Virus record (IMG/VR): IMGVR_UViG_3300023112_000009
Coordinates: 1 to 64,000 of that record
Length of the DNA: 64,000 nt
Direction: 5' to 3' (one strand)
Origin: a virus
Part shown: positions 10,030 to 20,705 of the stretch, in pieces
How positions within the stretch are numbered: position 1 is the first letter of the stretch
Layout of the letters: every line of letters starts with the position of its first letter
Position numbers and translations under genes: made by a program
The notes under the pieces: model-generated
What the model saw: only the letters and a program-made list of their open reading frames with translations
Databases searched by the model: none
Told to the model about the DNA's origin: nothing

Positions 10030-10079
10030 AGAAAAAATATGATTAACAGCTTAGTAGACTATTTAAAGGAGGGGTTAGT

Positions 10080-11324
10080 ATGAAGCTTTTGTACGTTGGA
10101 CCGTTGATGGATTTTTCGGGATTTGCCACAGCATCGCGTCATCTCTTGCAGGCACTAGCTCAGAATGACAGACTAGAAATTACGGCTCGTCCTCTTAAGT
10201 TTGACTCTTTGGACGAAGGACAAGAATTTGAGGTGCCCGATTGGATGCAACCTCTGTTAGAGAACGACCTACAGAACGTAGACGTTGCTTTACAGATGAT
10301 TACATGCAACAACGAAGCAGTGCCCGTTCCTGGAATTCCCAATGGTCTATATACTTTTTTAGAGACAGACCGTATTCAACAAGGGTGGGTAGCTAAAGCT
10401 AATGAGTTTGACTTTTTGATTGTCCCCTCTAAGCACAATGCTACAGCACTCTTGAATTCTGGCGTTAACAAGCCTATCTTGGTGGCTGGTCCTCCTTGTG
10501 ACGTTGATGACTATAAGCGTGACTACGAGCCGTTTGTTATCGACAACATTGAAGGGCGAACCGTGTTTTATAACATCTGCCAACTAAGCACAAAGAAGGG
10601 TATTGATGTTCTTCTGCGTGCGTACTTTGCAGCGTTTGCTGGTGCTCCTAACGATGTTCTGTTGGTTCTCAAGACCTATGTCAATATGGGTGGACGACAG
10701 AATGACCTTGAAATAGTGAAGCAATACATCCAGGGCGTCAAAGAGCGTTGTCGGATCCCCATCAGTGAGTACCCGCCTATCTTGCCCGTCATTTACACCA
10801 TGAGTGACGACGAGGTTCACGGTCTTCATGCTCGTGGCGATGCGTACGTTTGTACTAGTCGTGGCGAAGGCTGGGGCATCCCTGCGTTTGATGCGTTGGC
10901 ACACGGCAACACGGTCATTAGTCATAACGCTGGTGGTCTTGCAGAGTTTGTGACACCTGAGAACTCTCTGGTTTATGGTGGTACCCCGACATTCTTCTAT
11001 GACATGCCGCACCCTGACCCTGGTCTCTTTACTGGTCTAGAACAATGTTTTGAGCCTTCGCCCGTAGAGCTTGCCATGACCATGCAGCGTTTCCATATTC
11101 TTCGCAAGGCAAATGAAGCTGATGTGTTGGACGAACAGGGTCAAGCCGAGTGGAAAGCCGTTTTACAGCGTCGTGAGAATGCAAAGCTAGTAGGAGAAAA
11201 GCTAGATTACCGTAATGTCCATGAACAGATTGTCGAGCAAGTAGAGGCCGCAGTACAATCTTGGAAAGAGACCGGCGTAGCTAGATATAAGGAAGCCGAA
11301 GTATCGTTGGAGGAAACCCTATGA
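10080..11324 (+). CDS. GT4 (GT-B) glycosyltransferase
   Basis: DFSGFATASR; KKGIDVLLRAY; DAYVCTSRGEGWGIPAFDALAHG; strong SD AAGGAGG upstream. Confidence 0.88.
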   Translation: MKLLYVGPLMDFSGFATASRHLLQALAQNDRLEITARPLKFDSLDEGQEFEVPDWMQPLLENDLQNVDVALQMITCNNEAVPVPGIPNGLYTFLETDRIQQGWVAKANEFDFLIVPSKHNATALLNSGVNKPILVAGPPCDVDDYKRDYEPFVIDNIEGRTVFYNICQLSTKKGIDVLLRAYFAAFAGAPNDVLLVLKTYVNMGGRQNDLEIVKQYIQGVKERCRIPISEYPPILPVIYTMSDDEVHGLHARGDAYVCTSRGEGWGIPAFDALAHGNTVISHNAGGLAEFVTPENSLVYGGTPTFFYDMPHPDPGLFTGLEQCFEPSPVELAMTMQRFHILRKANEADVLDEQGQAEWKAVLQRRENAKLVGEKLDYRNVHEQIVEQVEAAVQSWKETGVARYKEAEVSLEETL

Positions 11325-12331
11325 ATCAGCAACAAATCCATTACGTACCGCAGATGCAGTGTATTGCGGAGCGTGTCAATCGCCCCGTAAGGATCGTTCA
11401 GTGTATTCAGATGCACAACGAGGAAGATTTCGCGGGAGCAGTACTACACTCTATCTATGACGAGGTAGATCGCATTCTCGTTATTGAAGGTGCCGTTGAG
11501 AACCGCCCCAACTCCACGGAGGATGGTCACTCAACCGACAACACGAAAGGTGTTATTGATGATTTTAAAGCTCACAACGATCCTGACAACAAGCTTGTGG
11601 TGATCTCAATTAACAAGCACTGGAAGGATCTTGAGGATATGAAGCAGACCTTCTTGGACATGTCTGTACCTGGAGATTGGATTCTCATTAATGATGCTGA
11701 TGAGTTCTATCGTCCCGAGGACATTAGACGATTACGTAAGGCTATTGAGCTTGATCCGCAAGCTCAAGAATTTATTCCTACCTTCTTGCATTTTTATCGT
11801 GACCTTGATCATATTGCGGTTCCTGGTCCCGAATGGAACACTCAGCATCAAAGGATTATTAAGTATGTGCGTGGCATGAAGTATAATAGCCACCCTGTAT
11901 TGACTGATCCTGCTGGTCACTGTACATACTTTTCACCACATTATCAACCACGTAGAATTGTACCTAGGGATCCTATTTTTATTTACCACTATGGGTATGC
12001 TCGTAGAAACATGAATGAAGTCATGGAACAAAAACAAGAGTATTACAAAGGCGAGCTTGCTAAACACGACAATGCCGACGTAAAGTTTGACCAAAAAGTT
12101 AAAGACTGGTTTGATGTTACAGAGCCCGTGCTGTATTTTGACGGAGAACATCCGGCAATAATTAATCATCGTCCTCAGGTTGCACAACACTGTGACTGTG
12201 ACAACAACTGGAAAGACGATTCTTTTTATAAGAAGGCGTTAGCTGGTGAAGACGTAGGAAACATTTGGCTCTGTATGACACAGCAATCTCAGCCCTATAT
12301 GCAGCATTATCATAATGGCATGTCGTTCTAG
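11321..12331 (+). CDS. GT2-like (GT-A) glycosyltransferase
   Basis: MHNEEDF; STDNT; WILINDADEF (DxD); IYHYGY. Confidence 0.8.
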   Translation: MNQQQIHYVPQMQCIAERVNRPVRIVQCIQMHNEEDFAGAVLHSIYDEVDRILVIEGAVENRPNSTEDGHSTDNTKGVIDDFKAHNDPDNKLVVISINKHWKDLEDMKQTFLDMSVPGDWILINDADEFYRPEDIRRLRKAIELDPQAQEFIPTFLHFYRDLDHIAVPGPEWNTQHQRIIKYVRGMKYNSHPVLTDPAGHCTYFSPHYQPRRIVPRDPIFIYHYGYARRNMNEVMEQKQEYYKGELAKHDNADVKFDQKVKDWFDVTEPVLYFDGEHPAIINHRPQVAQHCDCDNNWKDDSFYKKALAGEDVGNIWLCMTQQSQPYMQHYHNGMSF

Positions 12332-12770
12332 AAAAGACCCGATTAATCGGTTTCAAGAAAAGTACATCATCGACTCTAGCACGGGCTGTTGGAACTGGAC
12401 GGCATGTACTGATCGTGATGGTTATGGGTGCTTTAGATTCAGTCATGAGTCTGGAGTGTCTAGCTGGGGAAAAGCGTATGCGTTTGCTTATGAATATTTT
12501 GTAGGCGTTATTCCTGAAGGAATGCAAGTTGATCACAAGTGTAGAAATCGTAGATGCGTTAATCCAGATCACCTACGTGTCATGACGTTAGTGGAAAACG
12601 TCATGCTTGGAGATAGTCCACCAGCTAAAAATGCCAGAAAGACACACTGTAAACATGGACATCCGTTGAGTGGCGATAATTTGTATGTTCAGCCATCAAC
12701 GGGGTATCGTTATTGTAGAACGTGCAAAAGAGAATCGGAAATAAGGTGTAGAGATAATGCCCAAGGTTAG
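12315..12770 (+). mobile_element. free-standing HNH homing endonuclease
   Basis: CWNWT..DGYG; VDHKCRNRRCVNPDHL..EN; C-terminal KTHCKHGH...RYCRTC Zn motif. Confidence 0.88.
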
Positions 12771-13617
12771 TTTTTTGGTTAGTACTTATGATTCTGGCCA
12801 CTATTTAGACGAGCATATTGCTCACATGCTAGATCATCAGACGGACCCTGATTTTGAAATCGTTATCGTTAATCCCAATTCTCCTGGTACCGATGGTATC
12901 ATTGCAGAAAAATGGGCGAGCATGGATGATCGTGTTAAGTATATCTATCACCACGAGCGGGAGCCGTATGGTGCTTCGTGGCTTAGAGCCTGGAGGGCCG
13001 CGAGTGGTGAGTTTGTGATGAATTCTAACACAGATGACTACCACGCACCCGAGACCACGGCAACCGTTTTCAAGCACATGAGGATGGCTACCAGTCCTAT
13101 GCATGTAGGCTCTAAGATTGCCTTCTGCTACGGTGGTCTGACTATCATCAACGAGAACGGTCAGATGCAGGGAAGAGGATTAAAACCCAAGTTTGATTTT
13201 GAGCTTATGTCTCGTGAGTGTTGGGCTGGACCGCAGGTTGTATGGAGAAATGACAAGAGTTTTGTAGATGATCTTGACTGGGATTTGATGGACGAGAGGG
13301 CAGCTAGCCACCAGTCTGCGTACGACTACTGGCTTTGGCTTTACTTCATGAGTAAAGGTTATCACGGCCATGTGATCAATCAGTTCATTACAGTTTATAC
13401 ACAACGTCCCGATTCTATTGAAAATCGCAACAAGCACGCAAATAATTGGGAAACTTATGCTTCCATTTCAGAGTTCTTTGGTCATAATTTCAAAGGACAC
13501 TTGAAGCATGCAAGAGAGTTTAGTGACTTCAACGACCTACCTCCGAAAGATGAATGGGTAGCTAAGATGCAAGCAGGCAAGAAATGGCGAACTTCAAAAA
13601 AACATGGCAAAGCTTAG
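12757..13617 (+). CDS. GT2 glycosyltransferase
   Basis: PKVSFLVSTY; FEIVIVN; ASGEFVMNSNTDD; AYDYWLWL. Confidence 0.85.
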   Translation: MPKVSFLVSTYDSGHYLDEHIAHMLDHQTDPDFEIVIVNPNSPGTDGIIAEKWASMDDRVKYIYHHEREPYGASWLRAWRAASGEFVMNSNTDDYHAPETTATVFKHMRMATSPMHVGSKIAFCYGGLTIINENGQMQGRGLKPKFDFELMSRECWAGPQVVWRNDKSFVDDLDWDLMDERAASHQSAYDYWLWLYFMSKGYHGHVINQFITVYTQRPDSIENRNKHANNWETYASISEFFGHNFKGHLKHAREFSDFNDLPPKDEWVAKMQAGKKWRTSKKHGKA

Positions 13618-13892
13618 TCGCACGAAGTCTGGTTGAAGAGCACGAGAAGCTAGAAGAGCAGCTTGAGACTCAAATTAAGGTTACCGCCGAACACAGAAAT
13701 CGTTGGGTTTTAGCCGAACAGATGATCAAAGGGCTTAAAAAAGAAAAACGAGCACTGAGACAGGAGAACGAATCTCTTAAAGGATCTGATCCTCTTGCTC
13801 GTTCGTTAGACTCCGCTAGACATAATGCCGCTCAGACACGTATTCGTGATTTGGAACATCAACTGAGACGCAACAATATTGAACCGCAATGA
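13584..13892 (+). CDS. coiled-coil hypothetical protein
   Basis: Heptad-rich E/K/L sequence, coupled to neighbouring genes. Confidence 0.55.
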   Translation: MANFKKTWQSLVARSLVEEHEKLEEQLETQIKVTAEHRNRWVLAEQMIKGLKKEKRALRQENESLKGSDPLARSLDSARHNAAQTRIRDLEHQLRRNNIEPQ

Positions 13893-14281
13893 AGTTAGTA
13901 GATAAGCCCTGGGGTAGAGAGCGAATCATGGAAGTAAACGACAAGTATGCTTTCAAGATTTTAGAGGTTGATGCGGGGCATCGACTTAGCCTACAATACC
14001 ACAATGACAAGCTGGAAACAATGTATTGCCTATACGGCTGCGGCACTTTGTTTTTGTCTGCTGATGGTTTTGATCGCGAAATGACATTGTTGCCGGGACG
14101 TTTTATTACCATCACTCCTGGGACCATACATAGACTTGAGGCGTCTGCCACATCGCCCGTTGTCGTGATGGAAGCGTCATCGCCAGAGCTAGACGACGTG
14201 GTTCGTCTTGATGATGATTACAAAAGAAACGACGAAGAAGAAGAGGTTGACCCGTTCAGTGGTCCTATTGATTTCTCATGA
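13889..14281 (+). CDS. cupin, mannose-6-phosphate isomerase type II C-terminal-like
   Basis: DKPWG; HRLSLQYH..KLET; TIHRL; LDDVVRLDDDY, matching the ManC/MPI cupin signature. Confidence 0.85.
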   Translation: MKLVDKPWGRERIMEVNDKYAFKILEVDAGHRLSLQYHNDKLETMYCLYGCGTLFLSADGFDREMTLLPGRFITITPGTIHRLEASATSPVVVMEASSPELDDVVRLDDDYKRNDEEEEVDPFSGPIDFS

Positions 14282-15351
14282 TTACCGTTCTACACTACTT
14301 GCGTCACCTTGATCTTGGTGGTACAGCTAAGACGTGTCAGTTGTTTTTCGAGCAACTCACTAGTCCAGACTTCAACACTATAGTAGCATACGAAAAAGGT
14401 GGCGACCACCCTAGACTAGAAGAGTTTCAAAAGGCCGCTGCCGTCTGTGGTGGCACCTTAGTAGCGGTAGACTCCTATCAGGACGGTGACCCCACAGGGG
14501 ACGATCTACAGGCTGTTATTGACATGTACGAAGTTGATATCGTACACACGTATCGAAGCGGGTATGCCGAGTTCCCCGAGCCGGGAGTCCACATTCATGT
14601 GCCCCACTTCGTGGAGACCAACGTCTTTGGTTTCATCGACCAGAACCCCAAGGTGTCAAAGTCGCTGTTCATGAGCAGGTGGCTAATGGACCACACGCTT
14701 CGCGGCAGACTCCATCCTCGGTTTGACTTCGTGAATAACCCGGTGGAAATGCCGTATTCAGACAAACGTATTTCTGGACTTTCAAGCGATGCCATTTGGC
14801 TGGGTCGCTGTGGGCGACCGGACAATGGTATCTATAACTCTGTCAGCGTAGATGCTGCCCGGTTACTACGTATGCAGGGACACGACGTACGCTTCCTTGT
14901 AGTGGCACCACCCAGCAACATGATCAATGACCTTGCGGAATACGAGATTCCATTTAAAGTTATTGAACCAACAACCAATCCATTAGTCCTAAGTCAGTTC
15001 TATAACAGTGTAGACATCTACGCTCACGCTAGAGCAGACGGTGAGACATTTGGAGTTAACATTGCAGAGGCAATGATTCACGGAAAGCCGGTCGTTACAC
15101 ACATTGCCACACCTAGTAATCCAAACATGGGTGTGTTTCAGTCTCAGACAGAACTTGTCGATGATGGCGAGACTGGCTTCATTGTGAATAACGATCCGGC
15201 AGAATACGCAGAGGCTCTTAGAAGTCTCATTGTCAGTCCCAAGTTACGAGAAAGCTTTGGCTATTATGCCATTGTAAAAGCCGCTCGTGAGTATCACGTT
15301 GATGCCTGTGTGGCTAAACTAGAAAAGATTTATAGAGATATTGTACTATGA
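14278..15351 (+). CDS. GT4 glycosyltransferase
   Basis: LDLGGT; DIYAHARADGETFGVNIAEAMIHGKPVV; ELVDDGETGFIV. Confidence 0.88.
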   Translation: MITVLHYLRHLDLGGTAKTCQLFFEQLTSPDFNTIVAYEKGGDHPRLEEFQKAAAVCGGTLVAVDSYQDGDPTGDDLQAVIDMYEVDIVHTYRSGYAEFPEPGVHIHVPHFVETNVFGFIDQNPKVSKSLFMSRWLMDHTLRGRLHPRFDFVNNPVEMPYSDKRISGLSSDAIWLGRCGRPDNGIYNSVSVDAARLLRMQGHDVRFLVVAPPSNMINDLAEYEIPFKVIEPTTNPLVLSQFYNSVDIYAHARADGETFGVNIAEAMIHGKPVVTHIATPSNPNMGVFQSQTELVDDGETGFIVNNDPAEYAEALRSLIVSPKLRESFGYYAIVKAAREYHVDACVAKLEKIYRDIVL

Positions 15352-15575
15352 ATGACGGTATTAAAAACATTTCTGCTGATGCAGTACAGAGAGAATATGT
15401 TACTTGGTCAGATACCAATTTAACAAAAGAGTTTTCGTTAGATCATAAGCCGTTACCAACGTTGCAGTGTCGGGAGTGTTCTGGAATTGTATTTCAGGTT
15501 ATACAAACTGACGATTGGGAAACTTCTGCTCGTTGTGAAAATTGTGGTACATACTATAAGGTGCATTGTGGGTAG
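15348..15575 (+). CDS. small Zn-ribbon protein
   Basis: CREC...CENC; ATGA coupling. Confidence 0.55.
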   Translation: MNDGIKNISADAVQREYVTWSDTNLTKEFSLDHKPLPTLQCRECSGIVFQVIQTDDWETSARCENCGTYYKVHCG

Positions 15576-15999
15576 CGGGTGGACAAAACACGACACTATT
15601 GAGGACCGTTTTTGGTCCAAGGTGGAACGTAGTGATGACTGTTGGACGTGGACTGGAGCTAAAACACGTCGAAACAATGGTTATGGTCGTTTTCGTTTTA
15701 ATGGCGATCTTTATGTTGCTCACCGCGTAGCGTATGAATTGTTGCGTGGCCCTATTGCAGATGGTTTAGTTATTGATCATTTGTGCCGTAATACACTGTG
15801 TGTCAATCCTGATCACATGGAAATAGTAACACAAACAGAAAATATTCGCAGAGGTGAGGCACCCAGTGCTATCAATGGTCGAAAGACACATTGTATTCGT
15901 GGTCATGAACTCACTGGAGATAACGTTTGGATTCATCAACACACTGGTTATCGTCTATGCAAGGTGTGTCGTAAAATGAGAGATAAAAATTATGTCTAA
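15568..15999 (+). mobile_element. free-standing HNH homing endonuclease (paralog of 12315..12770)
   Basis: RFWSKV..CWTWTG..GYGRF..AHRVAY..IDHLCRNTLCVNPDH..EN..KTHCIRGH. GTG start at 15568 is inferred; the track starts at 15487. Confidence 0.88.
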
Positions 16000-17146
16000 G
16001 ATTCGTGTTGTCCATCATTCAAAGACTGTTGGCTATAGCGGCACAGACCGTACGGCCCAGCTTTTCTGTAAGTACTTGTCGCGTAGCGACAGGTTTGAAC
16101 CGTATATCGTTTACCGTTTGGGTGATAGTCAGAACCAACGATTAGATATCGCTCGTCAGTGGCTTGGAGACGATCACGTTATTGGTTACGAATGGGAACC
16201 CGGCAAGAAAGGTCGTCAGGCACCATACATGCCACAGCACGACAACTTGCACGAGGTGCTAAGTGCTATTGATCCTGATATTGTTCACGTTCATCGCTCT
16301 GGTTATGCCGAATGGCCCTGCTTCCGCTACATGGCACCTCGTGCAAAGTGGGTGGAGACCAATATCTTTGGTAAGGCAGATCTAACCCCCGAACGTCAGA
16401 TCGATTTGAACATCTATATCTCTAATTACATTCGAGAGAGAGCATTGGCCGAAGGAAACCCTGATGGTCCCGTGCTTTACAATCCGATTGATCAACCAAT
16501 GATGGATGTGCTGCCTGAGCAAAAAGAAATCTGTCGCGAAGAACTACTAGAGAGATTCAAGATTCCGCATGACGCTATTCTACTCGGAAGAGTGGGGCGA
16601 GCAGACAATTTCGATCCCATCTCTTTGATGGCGTTTTTAGAAATTGAAAAGATGTACCCTAATGCCTATTACATTGTAGTGAACCCCTGTCAGGGGTGGC
16701 GTGGCACGGTAACAAAACTAGGAATTCAAAATGTTCGTTTCAGTGATCCTATTGTGGATGATAATGAGTTGTCTAGGTTCTATATGGGGCTGGACATATA
16801 CGCCCATGCCCGCCATGATGGTGAATGCTGTCCGTGCAATATTCAAGAAGCAATGATGCACAGACTTCCCGTTGTCTCTCACGAGTCCGCGATCTACAAC
16901 GGTCAGTCTGAGATTATTGGTAACGCTGGTTTCGTTGTGCCTATTGTAGATTATGTCGCTTACCGTGATGTATTGGTTCAACTCATTGAGAATCCCGAAA
17001 TGGCTTCTGAGGATGAGTCTAGTCTGGTTCGCCTAAGAGATCACTTTGGTCTTGAAGCTCGTCGTCGTGCCATGAGATACTTTGAAGCAGAATGCATGAC
17101 TGGTCAGTTGGCAGGTATGTACGACTGGGTGCTTAAAAATGACTAA
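15992..17146 (+). CDS. GT4 glycosyltransferase (paralog of 14278..15351)
   Basis: DIVHVHRSGYAEWP; LGRVGRADN; DIYAHARHDGECCPCNIQEAMMHRLPVVSH. Confidence 0.87.
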   Translation: MSKIRVVHHSKTVGYSGTDRTAQLFCKYLSRSDRFEPYIVYRLGDSQNQRLDIARQWLGDDHVIGYEWEPGKKGRQAPYMPQHDNLHEVLSAIDPDIVHVHRSGYAEWPCFRYMAPRAKWVETNIFGKADLTPERQIDLNIYISNYIRERALAEGNPDGPVLYNPIDQPMMDVLPEQKEICREELLERFKIPHDAILLGRVGRADNFDPISLMAFLEIEKMYPNAYYIVVNPCQGWRGTVTKLGIQNVRFSDPIVDDNELSRFYMGLDIYAHARHDGECCPCNIQEAMMHRLPVVSHESAIYNGQSEIIGNAGFVVPIVDYVAYRDVLVQLIENPEMASEDESSLVRLRDHFGLEARRRAMRYFEAECMTGQLAGMYDWVLKND

Positions 17147-17411
17147 TCTATTAAGAGTTGAAAATAAACTAGTGAACTTTCCGTTCGCTGATAAGATTAC
17201 CCATATGTTCGTTGGTTCACAAGAGACAGCCGAAGCACTAGGTTTTCCTCAGGGTGGTTATTGGTACCGCGAAGGTAACTTGTGGGAGTTGCGTAGGTCC
17301 TTAGTGGAAGACGTGTCATATGAGTACGACGATACTAAGTGTTCTGAGTGTCAAAACTGGGGTGCTCCTACTGGGTGTAGAACTTGCGGGACGACCTGTA
17401 TGGGTGGTTGA
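17139..17411 (+). CDS. hypothetical protein with C-terminal double CxxC
   Basis: CSEC...CRTC; coupled within the operon. Confidence 0.5.
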   Translation: MTNLLRVENKLVNFPFADKITHMFVGSQETAEALGFPQGGYWYREGNLWELRRSLVEDVSYEYDDTKCSECQNWGAPTGCRTCGTTCMGG

Positions 17412-17415
17412 TTAA

Positions 17416-18120
17416 ATGTCTAAAGTTATTTCGTTTTCGCTATGGGGTAATGATCCCAAGTATACAGAGGGTGCTGTTCGTAATGCAGAGATTGCTGCGG
17501 AACTATTTCCCGACTGGGAGTGTTGGCTTTACTGCGGTACGTCTGTTGATGATGACTTTTACCGTAATTTTAATATAGAACTTCACGAAGAGTTTGACGG
17601 CAAGACCGTTTTGTATGGTCACAATCTTCAGATACACATACTAGATGAGCCCGGTGATTGGCGTGGTATGTTTTGGCGTTTTGAGCCAGCATCCGATCCT
17701 AATGTCGAAGTGATGATTTCGAGAGACTGCGATTCTCGTCTCTCTCAAAGAGAGAAGGCGGCGATAGACGCCTGGATGGAATCTGATAAAGGATTTCATA
17801 CAATTCATGATCATGCATATCATACAGTACCTATTCTTGGTGGACTTTGGGGGAAAAAACGTGACTGTTTACCTGAATTTGGTGTATTATTATCTCAGTG
17901 GAAACAAGAAGATCGGTGGCAAACGGATCAGGAGTTTTTAACGCAATCAATTTGGCCGTTAGTACATTCTGATACATTAAATCATGCTGAATTTCATGTC
18001 AACATTTGGCATGGAGAGTCAATTCCTATGCATAGAAATGGCAGAGAGTTTATTGGTGCCACTTATAATGAAAATGACGTGATTGATCCAGAGCAGCAAA
18101 GGTTACTTTATGGCGGGTAA
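17416..18120 (+). CDS. putative GT-A-fold glycosyltransferase-like protein
   Basis: KVISFSLWG..PKY; MFWRF; ISRDCDSR (DxD); ILGGLWG; DQEFL; located inside the GT cluster. Confidence 0.6.
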   Translation: MSKVISFSLWGNDPKYTEGAVRNAEIAAELFPDWECWLYCGTSVDDDFYRNFNIELHEEFDGKTVLYGHNLQIHILDEPGDWRGMFWRFEPASDPNVEVMISRDCDSRLSQREKAAIDAWMESDKGFHTIHDHAYHTVPILGGLWGKKRDCLPEFGVLLSQWKQEDRWQTDQEFLTQSIWPLVHSDTLNHAEFHVNIWHGESIPMHRNGREFIGATYNENDVIDPEQQRLLYGG

Positions 18121-18736
18121 AAAGAAGTATTCTTGTAATGATCAATACTTTAGCCATATGAGCTTGAATGCTTGTTATTGGGCTGGGTTTATTGCAGCAG
18201 ATGGATATGTTAATCCTGTGTCTAATAGTCTAGAAATTACCTTGTCAAGCAAAGATCGTGAGCACCTACAAAGGTTTCTTAATGACGTGTCATCAGATTC
18301 AAAAATTGAGACATTAAGAAGTAGACCAAACGAATGTCGTATTAGATTGCATGGTGTTTGTAATTGGATTGATACTCTTAAAAGGAAGTTTAATATTACT
18401 ACCGCTAAAACCTATACTTTACAGCCACCAGAACTAAAAGGAAATCGTTTGTGGGCTTTTGTCATTGGTTTTTTAGATGGTGATGGATGCATTACTCAGA
18501 ACCGTGGTTCTATTTCTGTTAAATTCACTGGTAACTCTAACATGCTATCTTGGTTAAAAACCTTATTTGATGACAAGTTCCCATCGTATGGTGGTCGTTA
18601 TGCTAATATTGTAAACATCAATCATAGTGATTTAGCACGACGTTATGAGATTACAGGTAGACGTGCTCAAGATATTTTGAATTTTTTAAACAATATTGAC
18701 GTTCCTAAGTTAGAACGTAAGTGGTGTAAAGTATGA
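18110..18736 (+). mobile_element. free-standing two-motif LAGLIDADG homing endonuclease
   Basis: YWAGFIAADG and FVIGFLDGDG; C-terminal LERK; AT-rich relative to neighbours. Confidence 0.88.
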
Positions 18737-19800
18737 AAGCCCTATCATTTGACGACATTTCTCTCGTGCCGCGATACAACAATATCGCTAGCCGAAGAGA
18801 CGTAGACACTAGTGTTCGGTTTGGTAACCTCACACTAAGGGTTCCTGTTCTAAGTTCGAATATGGATACTGTTACTGGCCATAGAATGTCCAGAAGTATT
18901 TACGATCAAGGTGGTCTTGGTTTTTTACATCGTTTCTGTAGCATTGAAGACAACGTTACAATGTATAATGATGCTACCTTTGAATGGCAGAATACTCGAA
19001 CGCCTCGTCAAAGAGACTGTGAAGCTGTTGTTTCATTAGGTGTCAACGAGGGGCTTGATCGTTTTCATGCACTCTATGAAGTAGGAGCACGTTACTTTTG
19101 TATTGATATTGCTCACGGACACAGTAAGCCCGTAGGTCAGATGGTTCAGAAGATTAAGGAGTTTGATGATGGGGTATTTGTTATTGCCGGGAATGTGTGT
19201 CACGCTACTGGTGCTGAATATTTGGCGGACAAAGGTGCCGACGCCGTTAAGGTGGGCATTGGCCCTGGGAGTGTTTGTTCTACTCGTATAAAGACTGGTT
19301 TTGGCGTGCCTCAGTTTACAGCTATCCAAGAGTGCAGTAGAGTTAATGTCTTTATCATCGCTGATGGTGGCATCCGTACCCCTGGTGACGCAGTAAAAGC
19401 TTTCGTCGCTGGTGCAGATGCAGTTATGCTTGGCGGGATGCTCGCTGGTACAGATGAAACTCCTGGAGAGATTCACGAAGAGCCCATCTGGGAAAGTGCT
19501 TCTCCTGCTGGAACTCTTACACGTAGATTCAAGAAGTTCCGTGGTATGGCCTCTAAAGAAGCTCAAGATGACTTCATGGGGACCATGAATGACTGGAAGA
19601 CAGCCGAGGGTGTAGAGACGACGGTTACCGCTAAGGGACCTGTCTCCGCTGTGATTGGTGACCTGATAGGAGGTATCCGTAGTGGTTGCACATATTGTGG
19701 AGCTAACAACATACAACAACTCAAAGAAAGGGCCGCTTACGTAGAAGTTACTGCCGCTGGTCGCATTGAAGGCACGCCCCATGGCCAGGGTAAGCCATGA
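18733..19800 (+). CDS. guaB: IMP dehydrogenase / GMP reductase family (no CBS subdomain)
   Basis: [10 protein letters not shown]; SSNMDTVT; IDIAHGHS; catalytic [11 protein letters not shown]; IADGGIR; FRGMAS; AEGV. GuaB versus GuaC is not resolved. Confidence 0.85.
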   Translation: MKALSFDDISLVPRYNNIASRRDVDTSVRFGNLTLRVPVLSSNMDTVTGHRMSRSIYDQGGLGFLHRFCSIEDNVTMYNDATFEWQNTRTPRQRDCEAVVSLGVNEGLDRFHALYEVGARYFCIDIAHGHSKPVGQMVQKIKEFDDGVFVIAGNVCHATGAEYLADKGADAVKVGIGPGSVCSTRIKTGFGVPQFTAIQECSRVNVFIIADGGIRTPGDAVKAFVAGADAVMLGGMLAGTDETPGEIHEEPIWESASPAGTLTRRFKKFRGMASKEAQDDFMGTMNDWKTAEGVETTVTAKGPVSAVIGDLIGGIRSGCTYCGANNIQQLKERAAYVEVTAAGRIEGTPHGQGKP

Positions 19801-20705
19801 AAATACTGGTTTCATTTAGGGGAAACGCACAGAGTCCAGGATGGAGTACGGGGGACATGGTAGTTAAAGCACTTCGTGCCTTGGGTCATGAGGTGTTTCC
19901 ATATGCGAAATATTACCAACAAAACAAATGGGTCGAAGATAGAAAATTTGCGTTAGACAACCATGAGTTTGACCTGATTTTATATATGGAATGCAACGAT
20001 GGTGACCCTCAATATCACGAATTACAAACCGTGAGAGCACGTAAGACAGCGTGCTGGTTATTTGATACTTCGTATCATCAAGACCGCTACAAAAGACTAG
20101 TTGATTACTTTAGATTTGATCACCTATTTCTAGCCAATCCTCTTACCATACAAGAATATAGAGTATGGGGGTACAAGAATGCACATTATCTACCTTATGC
20201 TTGTGACCGCGAACTACATGGAAGATCACTGGAGTATCCCAAAACCCGCGACGTTGTTCTTGTTGGGTCTATCCGCGACGATAGGCGTGCTCTGGCTACT
20301 GAACTCAAGCAACACGGAGTGAAGTTAGAGTTGGTGGGAGACGTGTTCCGAGAAGACTACATTGACGCCTTGGCGTCAGCTAAAATTGTCATCAATCAAA
20401 ACCCCCCTGAGGGACGTGGCCTGTTAAACATGCGTTTCTGGGAAACACAAGCAGCGGGCACGTTTGTTTTTACTGAACACTTTGACAATGAAATGAACAT
20501 TGAGGCCGGTATTGACTCTCGTGCTATGCCATACGAGAGCACAGGAGAGATTGCGGCCTTTACGAAGACGTTACTGGCTCATGATGGCCCTCATAGTTTA
20601 AACGAACTGTGTAAATACAATCAATCTATTGTTTTTGAAAATCACACTTACCAAAACCGCTGTCAGGAAATGTTAAAGACGGTATTCCCTCATGAAAGCA
20701 ACTGA
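19797..20705 (+). CDS. CgeB-like GT-B glycosyltransferase (Glyco_trans_1_2)
   Basis: YLPYACD; DVVLVGS; SAKIVIN; LNMRFWE; NHTYQNR. Confidence 0.8.
   Translation: MKILVSFRGNAQSPGWSTGDMVVKALRALGHEVFPYAKYYQQNKWVEDRKFALDNHEFDLILYMECNDGDPQYHELQTVRARKTACWLFDTSYHQDRYKRLVDYFRFDHLFLANPLTIQEYRVWGYKNAHYLPYACDRELHGRSLEYPKTRDVVLVGSIRDDRRALATELKQHGVKLELVGDVFREDYIDALASAKIVINQNPPEGRGLLNMRFWETQAAGTFVFTEHFDNEMNIEAGIDSRAMPYESTGEIAAFTKTLLAHDGPHSLNELCKYNQSIVFENHTYQNRCQEMLKTVFPHESN

Noticed and set aside
19036-19815. 259-aa antisense ORF, and similar ones at 23592-24224, 33601-34128, 38403-38978 and 56322-56990
   Set aside because: They lie opposite well-supported genes and have no motifs; most likely shadow ORFs arising from codon bias.
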